In this document: positions 16,064 to 26,479 of the stretch, piece after piece
How the letters are laid out: each line of letters begins with the position of its first letter
Position numbering within the stretch: position 1 is the stretch's first letter
Assembly: GCA_036383875.1 (NCBI GenBank)
Contig: DASVNL010000032.1
Coordinates: 1-43,649 of the forward strand
DNA: 43,649 nucleotides
Direction of reading: 5' to 3'
DNA from: Thermoanaerobaculia bacterium
Lineage (GTDB): Bacteria > Acidobacteriota > Thermoanaerobaculia > Gp7-AA8
The notes under the pieces: generated by a model
Told to the model about the DNA's origin: nothing
What the model saw: only the letters and a program-made list of their open reading frames with translations
The model's database searches: none
Program-made: the position numbers and the translations under genes

Positions 16064-19000
16064 ATGAAGCAACGGATCCTGCTGCGTGCGGTGCTCAGCG
16101 CCTTCCTTTTGATCCTCATTCTTCCCGCGATGGCCCAGGATTTCCGAGGTGCCGTCGGCGGCACCATCACTGACTCGACCGGCGGCGTTCTGCCCGGCGT
16201 GACGGTCACCGTGACCAACGTCACGACGAACGTCGCGGCGACGACGGTCACCGACGAACGCGGCGCATACCTGATCCGCTACCTCAACGCCGGCGTCTAC
16301 ACCGTGCAGGCGCAACTCGAAGGACTGCAAACGGTGGCGCGCAAGAACGTCGACGTCCGCATCGGCGCGACGGTGCCCATCGATTTCAAGATGGAGCCGG
16401 GCGGAGTGTCCGAGGTGATGGTCGTGACGGCGGATGCGCCGATCATCGATCGGAGCACCGGCGTGACCGGCGCGGTCATCGACGACAAGCAGATCGAACA
16501 ACTGCCCCTCGGCGACGGCACCGCGTACATGCTCACGCGACTCGCGCCCGGCGTGGCCGACTCCTCCGATCTTCACTTCTCCCGCCCGATGGACAACGGC
16601 AACCTCGGCGGCGTCGTCGCGAACGGCGCGATGGGCGGCAACGATTTCACACTCGACGGCGCGCCCAATCGCGTTTCACCCAACAACACGAACCCGGGCA
16701 ACAACAGCGGCGTCGTCGGATTCTCGCCGCCGTCCGATGCGATCTCGCAGTTCAAAGTCCAGACGAATGCGTTCGACGCGCAGTCCGGACATACCGCCGG
16801 CGCGACCGTCAATCTCGCGCTCAAGAGCGGCACCAACGACTGGAAGGGCGCCGTCGCGTATTTCAATCGTAGCGACAGCCGCTCCGCAACGCCGCTCCTC
16901 AGCAAACGCGCCGGCGCCGAAAAGCCGACGCGCGAATATGACCGCTACACCGCATCGGCATCCGGTCCGATCGTGCGCGATCGCACGTTCTTCATGTTCG
17001 CGTACGAGAAACTCAAAGATATTCAGCCGGAATCGGCGTATTACACCGTTCCGACCGTGAAGATGCGTAACGGCGATCTGTCGGAGTGGTCGGGCATCAC
17101 GATTTACGATCCGCTCACCGCGACCGGCAGCAATCTCGCGCGCACCGCGTTTCCCGGCAACATCATTCCGGCGAATCGCATCAATGCGATCGCGGCCGCG
17201 TACGCAGCACTGTATCCGCTGCCGAATCGCGAAGGTCTCGAGGACAATTACTTCACGAATCAGCTTCGTCCTTACGACTACAACGCGTACCTTCTGCGCG
17301 GCGATCACAATTTCAACGGATCGCACAAGCTCTTCCTCAATGCGTACATGAACAAGCGCGTCGAGGATCGCTACAACTGGGCGAAGGGCGCGGAGAACGC
17401 GACCGGCGAAGGCGAGATCAACGGCTTCCTCGTCACCAAGGGTCTCGACAATCGCAGCAACGACGGCCTGACCCTCGGCTACACGTCGATGTGGGGCAAC
17501 TCCCTCGCGCTCGACGTCATCGGCGCGTGGTCGCAGTTCGGCGAGTGGCGTGAGGCGGGCGACGAATTCGATCCCGCACAGCTCGGCTTCTCGGCCCAAA
17601 CTGTCGCCTTGATGAATGGCTACAACTATCTGCCGTTCATCACGTTCGGCGGCTTCAGCACGACGAATTCGAACTCGCGCATCGCGACCCTCGGCTCGCA
17701 GCGCTCCGACTTCGGCACCGGCTTCAATCGTCCGTTCACGAACATCTCCTTCACGCCGACGGCAAGCTGGGTCATGAGCGGACACTCGATCCGCACCGGC
17801 TATGAGCTGCGCCATCAGCGTTGGGAAATCGACAACGCCGAGTACGGCGCCGGTCGCTATCACTTCAACGGCGCGTACACACGCGCGAACAACTCCGCGA
17901 CGCTCAACGTCCCCGCGCAGTCGTGGGCGCAATTCCTCCTCGGACTTCCGACCACCGGCACGAACACCGTCGCGACGGCGGGCAGCACGGCCAGCCAGTT
18001 CGAAATCGCCGCCGACGCTGACTATCGCCAGGTCTCGCACTCGTTCTTCGCGCAGGACGACTGGTCGTTCAATGACAAATGGACGATCAACCTCGGCGCG
18101 CGATTCGAGTTCCATCAGTCGATGACCGAGGCGGAGGATCGGAATATCGCGGGCTTCAATACCGAGATTACGAGCCCGATCGCCGCCGCCGCGATTGCGA
18201 AGTACGGCGCGGCTCCGATTACGGAGATCGCGGCCAATCAATTCCGCGTCAACGGCGGACTCGAATTCGCAGACGGCGCGATTTACGACGATCTCTTCAA
18301 GTTCCTGCCGCGCGCGGCGTTTTCGTATCTCATCAATCCGCGCACCGTCATCCGCGGCGGCCTCGGCCTGTTCAGCTACGACTACTACTTCGACGCGGGC
18401 AACCAGACCGGATATTCGCAGCCGACGGCCATCGTCACCACCGACAACAACGGCCGCACGTTCCTGACTGACCTCAATAATCCGATCCCGACTGGCGGAC
18501 TGACGCAGCCCGTCGGATCGTCGCTCGGAGCCGCTACCGGACTCGGACTGAACATCGGTACCGTCGTCCCTGCCGATCGCGAAGTGCCGTATTACACCCG
18601 CTGGCAGATCGGCGGACAGCGCGACATCGGCGCGGGCTGGTCCGTCGAGGCGTTCTACGTGAATTCGAAGGGCCGCAACCTGCCGGTCCTTCGCGAAATC
18701 AACGGCATCCCGACGCAGTACCTCTCGACTGCGACGCAGCGCGACACGGATCGCGAAGCGTACCTCGCCGCCAACGTCGCAAATCCGTTCGTCGGACTCC
18801 TGCCGGGCACCGGTCTCAATGGGGCGACGATTTCACGCGCGCAGTTGCTGCGTCCGTTCCCGCAATTCCTCAGTGTGGTCACGGAGGAGTACACGGGATC
18901 GGATTCGTATCAGGCGGGATCGGTTCGCCTGGAGAAGCGGTTCAGCAGCGGCAACTCGCTGATCGCCACCTACACGCGCTCTGAAACGCGCGACAAGCTC

Positions 19001-19639
19001 AATTACCTCAATCCGGCCGACGAAGAGCTCGAAGATCGCATTTCGCCGAACGATCGCCCGAATCGCGCGACCCTCGGCGCCACGATCCGCCTGCCGTTCG
19101 GCCGCGATCAGCGCTACGGCTCCAATTGGAACAGCATCGTCAACGGCGTCCTCGGCGGCTGGACCGTCAGCGCGACGTATCAGTATCAGAGCGGTTTCCC
19201 GCTGACGTGGACCACCAACATCTATTACGACCCGGCGCGCGATCCGAAAGACCTGAGCTCGAACATCGGCGGCGATTGTCCGGGTGGCGGTACGGCAGGA
19301 CTCGATTGCCCGGCATGGGACATTTCGGGCTTCTACATTCCGGGTGGCACCGGCCGTACCGATCAGCGCATCGTCATGGGCAACACCCTGCGCCGCTTCC
19401 CGTCGACTCTGCCGAACGTGCGCACCGACGACCTGCATCTGATGGATGTCGGCGTGTACAAGAACTTCGGACTGCCGCAGGGCTTCGACCTGCAGGTGCG
19501 CATCGAAGTGATCAACGCACTCAATTACACCGTGCTGTGGAATCCGAACCTCGATCCGACGAACTCGCAGTTCGGCTACGTCAATCAGGATCGCAACAAT
19601 CCGCGTGACATCCAATTGGGCGCGAAGCTCACGTTCTGA
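16064..19639 (+). CDS. TonB-dependent outer-membrane receptor with N-terminal carboxypeptidase-regulatory-like domain
   Basis: 1191 aa from ATG 16064 (SD GGAGGAG at 16053-16059). Signal peptide, then DFRGAVGGTITDSTGGVLPGVTVTVTN...ERGAYLIRYLNAGVYTV. A plug-like region follows and the protein ends with ...LGAKLTF (C-terminal Phe). The upstream part of the track ORF is a shadow. Confidence 0.85.
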   Translation: MKQRILLRAVLSAFLLILILPAMAQDFRGAVGGTITDSTGGVLPGVTVTVTNVTTNVAATTVTDERGAYLIRYLNAGVYTVQAQLEGLQTVARKNVDVRIGATVPIDFKMEPGGVSEVMVVTADAPIIDRSTGVTGAVIDDKQIEQLPLGDGTAYMLTRLAPGVADSSDLHFSRPMDNGNLGGVVANGAMGGNDFTLDGAPNRVSPNNTNPGNNSGVVGFSPPSDAISQFKVQTNAFDAQSGHTAGATVNLALKSGTNDWKGAVAYFNRSDSRSATPLLSKRAGAEKPTREYDRYTASASGPIVRDRTFFMFAYEKLKDIQPESAYYTVPTVKMRNGDLSEWSGITIYDPLTATGSNLARTAFPGNIIPANRINAIAAAYAALYPLPNREGLEDNYFTNQLRPYDYNAYLLRGDHNFNGSHKLFLNAYMNKRVEDRYNWAKGAENATGEGEINGFLVTKGLDNRSNDGLTLGYTSMWGNSLALDVIGAWSQFGEWREAGDEFDPAQLGFSAQTVALMNGYNYLPFITFGGFSTTNSNSRIATLGSQRSDFGTGFNRPFTNISFTPTASWVMSGHSIRTGYELRHQRWEIDNAEYGAGRYHFNGAYTRANNSATLNVPAQSWAQFLLGLPTTGTNTVATAGSTASQFEIAADADYRQVSHSFFAQDDWSFNDKWTINLGARFEFHQSMTEAEDRNIAGFNTEITSPIAAAAIAKYGAAPITEIAANQFRVNGGLEFADGAIYDDLFKFLPRAAFSYLINPRTVIRGGLGLFSYDYYFDAGNQTGYSQPTAIVTTDNNGRTFLTDLNNPIPTGGLTQPVGSSLGAATGLGLNIGTVVPADREVPYYTRWQIGGQRDIGAGWSVEAFYVNSKGRNLPVLREINGIPTQYLSTATQRDTDREAYLAANVANPFVGLLPGTGLNGATISRAQLLRPFPQFLSVVTEEYTGSDSYQAGSVRLEKRFSSGNSLIATYTRSETRDKLNYLNPADEELEDRISPNDRPNRATLGATIRLPFGRDQRYGSNWNSIVNGVLGGWTVSATYQYQSGFPLTWTTNIYYDPARDPKDLSSNIGGDCPGGGTAGLDCPAWDISGFYIPGGTGRTDQRIVMGNTLRRFPSTLPNVRTDDLHLMDVGVYKNFGLPQGFDLQVRIEVINALNYTVLWNPNLDPTNSQFGYVNQDRNNPRDIQLGAKLTF

Positions 19640-19641
19640 TC

Positions 19642-20724
19642 ATGAAGGTCCGCCGATTTCTGCCGGCGGTCGTACTGACCGCCGGCAGTCTTTTCGCGCA
19701 AACCCTCTCCGTCACCGTTCATAATGACCTCGCCTTCGCCCGCGCGTCCGAAACCATCGAACTGACGGCCACGCAACTCGCGCCGCTCGGCACGGATCTG
19801 ACGAAAATTCACGTCTTCGAGAAAGGCTCCACGCGCGAAGTGCTCGCGCAATCGCTCGATGACGTCCTGATTTTCCAGACCGACGTTCCCGCGAAAGGCG
19901 AGCGTTCGTTCGAATTGAAAACAGGAGAGAAGCGCGTGTACAAGCGCGAGGATTTTCGCGTGTACGGACGCTTCAATCGCGAGCGCTGGGACGACTTCGC
20001 GTGGGAAAACGATCGCGTCGCGCATCGCATGTACGGACCGGCGCTCGAGACGTGGCAGAAAGAACCGCTCACGTCGAGCACCGTCGACGTGTGGCTCAAG
20101 CGGACGCGCCGTCTCGTCATCAACGATTGGTATCTCGTCGACGACTACCACCGCGACACCGGCGAAGGCGCCGATTTCTATTCGGCCGGGAAGAGCCGCG
20201 GGTGCGGCGGCAGCGGTTTGTGGCGCGACGGCAAGCTCGTCGTGTCGAAGAATTTTCGCGAGTCGCGCGTGATCGCGAACGGTCCGATCCGCCTCGTGTT
20301 CGAGCTGCGCTATCCCGACTTCGGCGAAACGAAACGGATCACCCTCGACGCCGGACAGAACTTCAATCGCTTCGAAAGCCGCTACGACAACGCCGCGGAT
20401 TCGACGTACGCCGCGGGGATCAAGAAGGTCGCGGCCGCGCAATTTCGCGTCGATCGCGCGAACGGCGTGATTCGCAATTGGGAGCCGGTGGCGCAGAATG
20501 CTGGCGAGTCCGGTTGCGCGGTGATCGTCGCCCCTGCGTCGATCGTCGACGTGGTTGAGGCCGAGGGGAATCAGCTCGTGGTTGCGCGGACGCCGGCGGT
20601 TTATTGGGTTGGCTCGGCCTGGAATCGCAGCGGCGATTTCGTCGAGGTCGCGGACTTCGATCGTCTGATCGATCAATGGACGCAGCGCGTGCGCACGCCG
20701 GTGAGGATTGAGGTGAAGAATTGA
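19642..20724 (+). CDS. DUF4861-family exported protein (pectin-locus associated)
   Basis: 360 aa with a signal peptide. The motifs FAWENDRVAHRMYGP and DVWLKRT match my memory of DUF4861. It starts 2 nt after the receptor stop. Confidence 0.65.
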   Translation: MKVRRFLPAVVLTAGSLFAQTLSVTVHNDLAFARASETIELTATQLAPLGTDLTKIHVFEKGSTREVLAQSLDDVLIFQTDVPAKGERSFELKTGEKRVYKREDFRVYGRFNRERWDDFAWENDRVAHRMYGPALETWQKEPLTSSTVDVWLKRTRRLVINDWYLVDDYHRDTGEGADFYSAGKSRGCGGSGLWRDGKLVVSKNFRESRVIANGPIRLVFELRYPDFGETKRITLDAGQNFNRFESRYDNAADSTYAAGIKKVAAAQFRVDRANGVIRNWEPVAQNAGESGCAVIVAPASIVDVVEAEGNQLVVARTPAVYWVGSAWNRSGDFVEVADFDRLIDQWTQRVRTPVRIEVKN

Positions 20725-22178
20725 TCAACCGCCGCGACCTGGCCCGTACGCTCCTCACCGCGAGCGCCGCGCTCGCGCTGGGTCCGCGCATCGCGTTCGC
20801 ACAACCTGCGGCGTCGACATTGCCGCCGTTGACCATCGATCCGCGCGATCCGTGGGCCTCGTTGCCGCAACTCCTCGCGCGCATTTCGCCGCCGCGAATT
20901 CCGCAGCGCGACTTCGTGATCACGAAATTCGGAGCGAAGAGCGGCGGCGACGCGGGCAGCGCAATCAAGAAAGCCATCGCTGCGGCGACGAAAGCCGGCG
21001 GCGGCCGCGTCGTCATTCCCGAGGGCGACTTCCTCACCGATCCAATTCGCCTCGCCAGCCGCATCGAATTGCATGTCAGCGGCGGCGCGACACTACGCTT
21101 CAGTCAGGATCCCGCGCGCTATCCGCTCGTGCATACGCGCTGGGAAGGCGTCGAGTTGATGAATTACTCGCCGCTCATTTATGCCTTCGAATGCGAGGAC
21201 GTCGCCGTGACAGGCGAGGGGACGCTCGACGGTCAGGCCGACGAAGAACATTGGTGGCCGTGGAAGGGCGTACCGACCGGCAAGCGCGCGGACGTCACGA
21301 AGAATAATGAAGGACCGGCGCCGCAGATCGCCGATCGCAATCGACTGTTCCAGCAGGGACAGGACGGGGTGCCTGTCGCGGAGCGCATTTACGGACAGGG
21401 ACATTTTCTGCGACCGTCCTTCATCGAACCGTATCGCTGCAAGAACGTTTTGATTGAAGGCGTGACGCTGCGCAATGCGCCCTTCTGGGTCACGCATCCG
21501 ACGCTCTGCACGAACGTCACCGTGCGCGGGATCAAAGTCATCTCGCATGGCGCGAATAACGACGGCTGCGATCCCGAATCGTGCCGCGACGTGCTCATCG
21601 AAGACTGCATGTTCGACACGGGCGATGACTGCATCGCGTTGAAATCGGGACGCAACAATGATGGCCGCCGGCTCGACACGCCCGTCGAGAACGTCATCAT
21701 TCGCAATTGCGTGATGAAGGACGGACACGGCGGCATCACGGTCGGCAGCGAGATCACGGGCGGCGCGCGCAACATCTTCGCGGAGAAATGCCGGCTCGAC
21801 AGCCCGGACCTCGAACGCGCGCTGCGCTTCAAAACCAACACGCTGCGCGGCGGGACGATCGAAAACGTGTTCGTGCGCGACATCGAGATCGGCACGGTGA
21901 ATCTTGCGCCGATCGAAATCGACCTGCGCTACGAGCCGCGCGATTCGGGACCGAATCTCCCGCAAGTCCGCAACGTGCTGGTCGAGCGGATGACGTCGAA
22001 GGAAAGCAAACACGGGCTGTACATTCGCGGCCTCGAGAACGCGCCGATTCGCAACGTCGTCGTTCGCGACAGCACGTTCCGCGGAGTCGCGCAGGGGCAC
22101 GTCATCGAGGGCCAGGTCGAGCTGATGCTCGATCGGGTGACCACCGAGGCGGCGCCGGTGAAGGAGACGAAGAAATGA
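20721..22178 (+). CDS. GH28 polygalacturonase / exo-poly-alpha-galacturonosidase with Tat-type signal
   Basis: 485 aa. TTG start in a TTGA overlap. The twin-Arg leader is MINRRDLARTLLTASAALALG. GH28 motifs are NNDGCDPESC, DTGDDCIALKSG and GHGGITVGSE. Confidence 0.85.
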   Translation: MINRRDLARTLLTASAALALGPRIAFAQPAASTLPPLTIDPRDPWASLPQLLARISPPRIPQRDFVITKFGAKSGGDAGSAIKKAIAAATKAGGGRVVIPEGDFLTDPIRLASRIELHVSGGATLRFSQDPARYPLVHTRWEGVELMNYSPLIYAFECEDVAVTGEGTLDGQADEEHWWPWKGVPTGKRADVTKNNEGPAPQIADRNRLFQQGQDGVPVAERIYGQGHFLRPSFIEPYRCKNVLIEGVTLRNAPFWVTHPTLCTNVTVRGIKVISHGANNDGCDPESCRDVLIEDCMFDTGDDCIALKSGRNNDGRRLDTPVENVIIRNCVMKDGHGGITVGSEITGGARNIFAEKCRLDSPDLERALRFKTNTLRGGTIENVFVRDIEIGTVNLAPIEIDLRYEPRDSGPNLPQVRNVLVERMTSKESKHGLYIRGLENAPIRNVVVRDSTFRGVAQGHVIEGQVELMLDRVTTEAAPVKETKK

Positions 22179-22984
22179 GTCTGCGTGAGATCGACGCCGC
22201 AACGTGCGTCGTGCGCGACACCGCGAGTCATCGCGGGCGCCACATTTCAGTGAAACCGGGAACGACTGCCGCGCGCCATCTGCACTATGGCCGCATTGTG
22301 CTGGAGAACGAGTCCGCCACCTTCAATACCGAGGAGCGCGAAACGGCGTTCATTGGCCTGAAGGGAGATGCGGCGATCGAGGCAGATGGCGCGCGCTATG
22401 AACTTGGCCAGTACGACGCACTGTACGTCCCACGCGATACTCAAGTCACCGTGCGCGGCACGTGCGATATCGCGGAAGTCGCGGCGCCGGTCGACAACAA
22501 ATATCCGATTCAATTCGTGAAATTCGCCGACGTTCAGAATGATCCCGCGTTGCATTTCGACACGGGCGGAACATCCTCCCAGAGAAATCTGAATATTCTG
22601 ATCGGTAAGAACATCGAAGCCGGTCGCATCCTCGCCGGCGTGACGTTCAGTAAGCCTGGCAACTGGACGTCGTGGCCGCCGCACGAACACGCGAATCTCG
22701 CCGAAGAAGCGTATTTGTACATCGACATGCCGGAGCCGGGGTGGGGATTGCAACTCGTCTACACCGATCCGCGCAATCCCGAGCTCGTCGCAGTCGTGAA
22801 GCAGGACGACGTCGTCATCATGCCGCGCGGCTACCACCCGAACGTCTCTGCACCCGGCGGCACGATTAATTTCCTCTGGATGATGGCCGCGAATCGCGAA
22901 ACCGTGGACCGCCAATTCGGAGTCGTCAACGTGCATCCCGATTACGCACAGGGCGGCTCCGGCCTCGAGGCATCGAGAAAATAG
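22175..22984 (+). CDS. KduI/IolB-family cupin isomerase (5-deoxy-glucuronate isomerase-like; likely the 4-deoxy-L-threo-5-hexosulose-uronate isomerase step here)
   Basis: 269 aa from ATG 22175 (ATGA overlap with GH28). GNWTSWPPHEH...LQLVYTD...VVIMPRGYHPNVSAPG parallels B. subtilis IolB (GNWSSYPPHKH...FQRVYTD...VVIVPAGYHPV). The functional call is inferred from context. Confidence 0.75.
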   Translation: MSLREIDAATCVVRDTASHRGRHISVKPGTTAARHLHYGRIVLENESATFNTEERETAFIGLKGDAAIEADGARYELGQYDALYVPRDTQVTVRGTCDIAEVAAPVDNKYPIQFVKFADVQNDPALHFDTGGTSSQRNLNILIGKNIEAGRILAGVTFSKPGNWTSWPPHEHANLAEEAYLYIDMPEPGWGLQLVYTDPRNPELVAVVKQDDVVIMPRGYHPNVSAPGGTINFLWMMAANRETVDRQFGVVNVHPDYAQGGSGLEASRK

Positions 22985-22986
22985 CG

Positions 22987-24072
22987 ATGCAAATCAAAGA
23001 CGCCGCGACCGCGCGCCACGATCTCGTCTCCCTCGGCGAAGTCATGCTCCGTCTCGATCCCGGCGACGGCCGCGTCGCGACGACGCGCACGTTCCAGGCG
23101 TGGGAAGGCGGCGGCGAATACAACGTCGCGCGCGGACTGCGCCGCTGCTTCGGCCTGCGCACCGCGATCGTCACGGCGCTGGTCGACAATCCGGTCGGCC
23201 GCCTCATTGAAGACCTGATGCTGCAGGGCGGAACCGATCTGTCGTACGTGCGCTGGGTCAGCGACGACGGCGTCGGCCGCCGCGCGCGCAACGGTCTCAA
23301 CTTTACCGAGCGCGGCTTCGGACTGCGCGCTGCTCTTGGCTGTTCGGATCGCGGACACACCGCCGTCTCGCAGCTCAAACCCGGCGACGTCGATTGGGAC
23401 GCGATTCTCAGTGGCGCGCGGTGGTTCCATACCGGCGGCATTTTCGCGGCACTCTCGGAGACCACTCCCGACGTCGCGCGCGAAGCCATGCAGGCTGCGA
23501 ACCGCCACGGTGTGATCGTCTCGTACGACCTGAATTACAGGCCTTCGTTGTGGAAGGGCATCGGCGGTCCGGAGAAAGCGCGTGCCGTCAATCGCGAGCT
23601 CGCTGGTCTCGTCGACGTGCTGTTCGGCAACGAAGAGGATTTCAGCGTCGCTCTCGGTTTTGAAGTCGAAGGCGTGGACGAGCATCTTGGTGAATTGCCG
23701 AAAGAAGCGTTCAAACAGATGATCGGCAAAGTGCGCGCTGAATATCCCGCACTGGCGGTCATCGCGACGACGCTGCGCGTCGCGCGCACGGCGACGCGCA
23801 ATGACTGGGGCGCGATCGCGTGGTCCGATGGCGACTTCTTCGAGGCGACGCCGCGTCCCGATCTCGAAATTTACGATCGCGTCGGCGGGGGCGATTCGTT
23901 CGCGTCCGGTTTGATTTATGGATTTCTCAAAGACAAAGGCCCGCAATGGGCGGTCGAATGCGGCGCCGCACACGGCGCACTCGCAATGACGACGCCGGGC
24001 GACACGAGCATGGCCACGCTCGCGGAAGTGGAGCGCGCCATGAAGGGCGGCACGGCCCGCGTGAGCCGCTGA
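22987..24072 (+). CDS. kdgK: 2-dehydro-3-deoxygluconokinase (PfkB family)
   Basis: 361 aa. PfkB motifs are GGGEYNVA and a C-terminal GGGDSFASG. It sits between the KduI-like gene and eda. Confidence 0.8.
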   Translation: MQIKDAATARHDLVSLGEVMLRLDPGDGRVATTRTFQAWEGGGEYNVARGLRRCFGLRTAIVTALVDNPVGRLIEDLMLQGGTDLSYVRWVSDDGVGRRARNGLNFTERGFGLRAALGCSDRGHTAVSQLKPGDVDWDAILSGARWFHTGGIFAALSETTPDVAREAMQAANRHGVIVSYDLNYRPSLWKGIGGPEKARAVNRELAGLVDVLFGNEEDFSVALGFEVEGVDEHLGELPKEAFKQMIGKVRAEYPALAVIATTLRVARTATRNDWGAIAWSDGDFFEATPRPDLEIYDRVGGGDSFASGLIYGFLKDKGPQWAVECGAAHGALAMTTPGDTSMATLAEVERAMKGGTARVSR

Positions 24073-24088
24073 CGAAAGGAAATTCACA

Positions 24089-24745
24089 ATGGACGCAATG
24101 CAGCGCATTCGCGAAGTCGGACTCGTGCCGGTCGTGCGCGCCGCCTCGGCCGACGAAGCGCTGGCCGCCGTCGACGCCATCCGCGCCGGCGGCATTCCCA
24201 TCCTCGAAATCACCCTCACTGTCCCCGGCGCCGTTCAGATCATCGCCGCGCTCACATCCCGGCTCGGCGATGCGGCGCTGATCGGCGCCGGGACGGTGTT
24301 AGACGCGGAGACCGCGCAGCAATGCATCGACGCCGGCGCCGCGTTCATCGTCAGTCCCGCACTCGACATCGAGACGATCGAGCTCTGCCGCCGCATGAAC
24401 GTCCCGATTTTCCCCGGCGCACTGACGCCGACGGAAGTCGTGAAGGCGTGGAAAGCCGGCGCGAGCGCGATCAAAGTGTTCCCCGCGAACGCAGTCGGCG
24501 GCGCGACGTACATCAAGTCGCTCAAAGCGCCGTTGCCGCAAGTCGAATTGCTCCCGACGGGCGGCGTTTCGTTGAAGACCACCGCCGATTTCATCGCGGC
24601 CGGTGCGTTCGCCCTCGGCGTCGGCGCGGATCTCGTCGACCTCGCCGCACTGCGACGCGGTGACGCGGCGGCAATCACAGCGAAGGCGCGCGAGTACGTC
24701 GAAGCGGTGCGCATTGCCCGCGCGCCCCTGCAACCCGTGGCCTGA
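24089..24745 (+). CDS. eda: KDPG / 4-hydroxy-2-oxoglutarate aldolase
   Basis: 218 aa with LVPVVRA...GIPILEITL...GAGTVL...KVFPA...LPTGGV, typical of Eda. Confidence 0.85.
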   Translation: MDAMQRIREVGLVPVVRAASADEALAAVDAIRAGGIPILEITLTVPGAVQIIAALTSRLGDAALIGAGTVLDAETAQQCIDAGAAFIVSPALDIETIELCRRMNVPIFPGALTPTEVVKAWKAGASAIKVFPANAVGGATYIKSLKAPLPQVELLPTGGVSLKTTADFIAAGAFALGVGADLVDLAALRRGDAAAITAKAREYVEAVRIARAPLQPVA

Positions 24746-24792
24746 TCGCGATCGCTGTCACATCGCGGACCTCCATCTCGTCTTGCTGACGA

Positions 24793-25755
24793 ATGGAGGA
24801 AACCATGCGAGTTTTCATTGCGGGCGCAACCGGCACGATGGGGCTGCCGCTCGTGCATCAACTCATCCGCGACGGCCATGAGGTCGTCGGCCTCACGCGA
24901 AAGGAAGACGGCGCAGCCGCGCTGCGACGCGCAGGCGCAGAGGCCGTCATCGGCGACGCACTCGAAGGCGACGCGCTGAAACGCATCGTCATCGACGCGC
25001 GCCCGACGCACATCGTGCATCTGCTCACCGCGCTGCCGAAGAGCGGCGGCAATCGCGCGAGCGATCTCGCTCCGACAAACGAGCTGCGCATTCGCGGCAC
25101 CGCCAATCTGCTGCAAGGCGCGCTTGCGGCGCGAGCGCAACGCATCGTCGTCGAGTCGTTCCCGATCGTCTACGGCGCCGGCGATCTCGGCACGCAGCCG
25201 CTCGACGAAAACGCACCGATGGATCCGGATCCGAAAGGCGCGACGCGTGAGTCGGTCGAGGCGTTGCGTTCGATGGAGTCCCAGGTATTCGCGGTGCGCG
25301 ATCGCATCGAGACGGTGGTGCTGCGATACGGATATCTCTACGGCGCGGATGTGCCGTCGACGCAGGGTCTGCTCGAGGGACTGCGCGCGCGCAAAGTGCC
25401 GCTGATGCGCGGCCCCGAAGGCCTCGGCTCGTTTCTGCACATCGACGACTTTGTCTCCGCGACGATGCTCGCGCTGCAGTCGCACGTCACGGGTGTATTC
25501 AACATCGTCGACGACGAGCCGGTGTCGCTGCGCGCGTATCTCACGCATGCAGTGCGACTGCTCGACGCGCCGCAACCGCGGAGCGTGCCGCGATTCGTCG
25601 TGAAGCTGCTGGCGCCGATGGTCGCGCAGTTCTCGACGATGCGCGTGCCGCTCTCGAATGCGCGCGCGAAACGCGAGCTCGGATTCGCGCCACGCTTCGC
25701 GAACTATCGCGACGGACTGGCGCAGGTCATTGCGGCGAAGTCGAACGCGGGGTAA
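24793..25755 (+). CDS. NAD(P)-dependent epimerase/dehydratase-family (atypical SDR) protein
   Basis: The Rossmann motif is MRVFIAGATGTMGLPLV. The start is ATG 24793 or, more likely, ATG 24805 (SD GGAGG 5 nt upstream). Confidence 0.75.
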   Translation: MEETMRVFIAGATGTMGLPLVHQLIRDGHEVVGLTRKEDGAAALRRAGAEAVIGDALEGDALKRIVIDARPTHIVHLLTALPKSGGNRASDLAPTNELRIRGTANLLQGALAARAQRIVVESFPIVYGAGDLGTQPLDENAPMDPDPKGATRESVEALRSMESQVFAVRDRIETVVLRYGYLYGADVPSTQGLLEGLRARKVPLMRGPEGLGSFLHIDDFVSATMLALQSHVTGVFNIVDDEPVSLRAYLTHAVRLLDAPQPRSVPRFVVKLLAPMVAQFSTMRVPLSNARAKRELGFAPRFANYRDGLAQVIAAKSNAG

Positions 25756-25764
25756 AACGGATGG

Positions 25765-26478
25765 ATGGCAGAGAACAACGACATCGTCGCGCGCCGCCTG
25801 CGCTACATCGAACGCCAGCGCCAACTCGGGCACGGCGTGGACGTGCAACTGAGCGGCGTGAAGCCGATGGGCTCCGGTCCGCTGAATCGTCACGGGATGC
25901 CGCAGGTCCCGATCGATCAACGCATCGTCCCGAACTGGCCGGTCCTCGACCTCGGCGACGTCCCCGATATCCGCCGCCAGGATTGGCGCCTCGAGCTCGG
26001 CGGCCTGGTCGACAATCCGGTGTCATTGACGTGGGCGGAGTTCATGGAATTGCCGCAAGTCGACGACGTCAGCGACTTTCATTGCGTCACGACCTGGAGC
26101 CGTCTCGATAATCACTGGCGCGGCGTGCGGTTTTCCACGCTCGCCGAGCTCGCCGTCCCACACGACAACGTCACGCACGTCCTCTGCACCGGCTACGACC
26201 GCGATATCGGATCGCAGGAGCCGTACACGACGAACCTCCCGTTCGCCCGCGCAGTCGAAGCCGACGTGCTGCTCGTCCACACATGGGAAGGCAAGCCGCT
26301 CCCACGCGAACACGGCGGCCCCTTACGAATGATCACGCCGAAGTTGTACGCGTGGAAAGGGACGAAGTGGATTCGCAAGATCGAATTTCTCGATCACAAC
26401 AAGCGCGGATTCTGGGAGCGTCGCGGCTACTCCGACACGGCCGAGCCGTGGCTCAACGACCGCTATTCGAGCGATTGA
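25765..26478 (+). CDS. sulfite-oxidase-like molybdopterin-binding oxidoreductase
   Basis: 237 aa. DFHCVTTWS (Mo-ligand Cys context), HGGPLRMITP and YAWKGTKWI are typical of the Oxidored_molyb domain. Confidence 0.75.
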   Translation: MAENNDIVARRLRYIERQRQLGHGVDVQLSGVKPMGSGPLNRHGMPQVPIDQRIVPNWPVLDLGDVPDIRRQDWRLELGGLVDNPVSLTWAEFMELPQVDDVSDFHCVTTWSRLDNHWRGVRFSTLAELAVPHDNVTHVLCTGYDRDIGSQEPYTTNLPFARAVEADVLLVHTWEGKPLPREHGGPLRMITPKLYAWKGTKWIRKIEFLDHNKRGFWERRGYSDTAEPWLNDRYSSD

Positions 26479-26479
26479 G

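Noticed and set aside
24770-24799. A 7-bp stem, CCTCCAT / ATGGAGG, could sequester the SD and first ATG of the epimerase-family gene.
   Set aside because: The stem is short, the loop is 16 nt, and there is no supporting conservation information. This is at chance level in this GC content.
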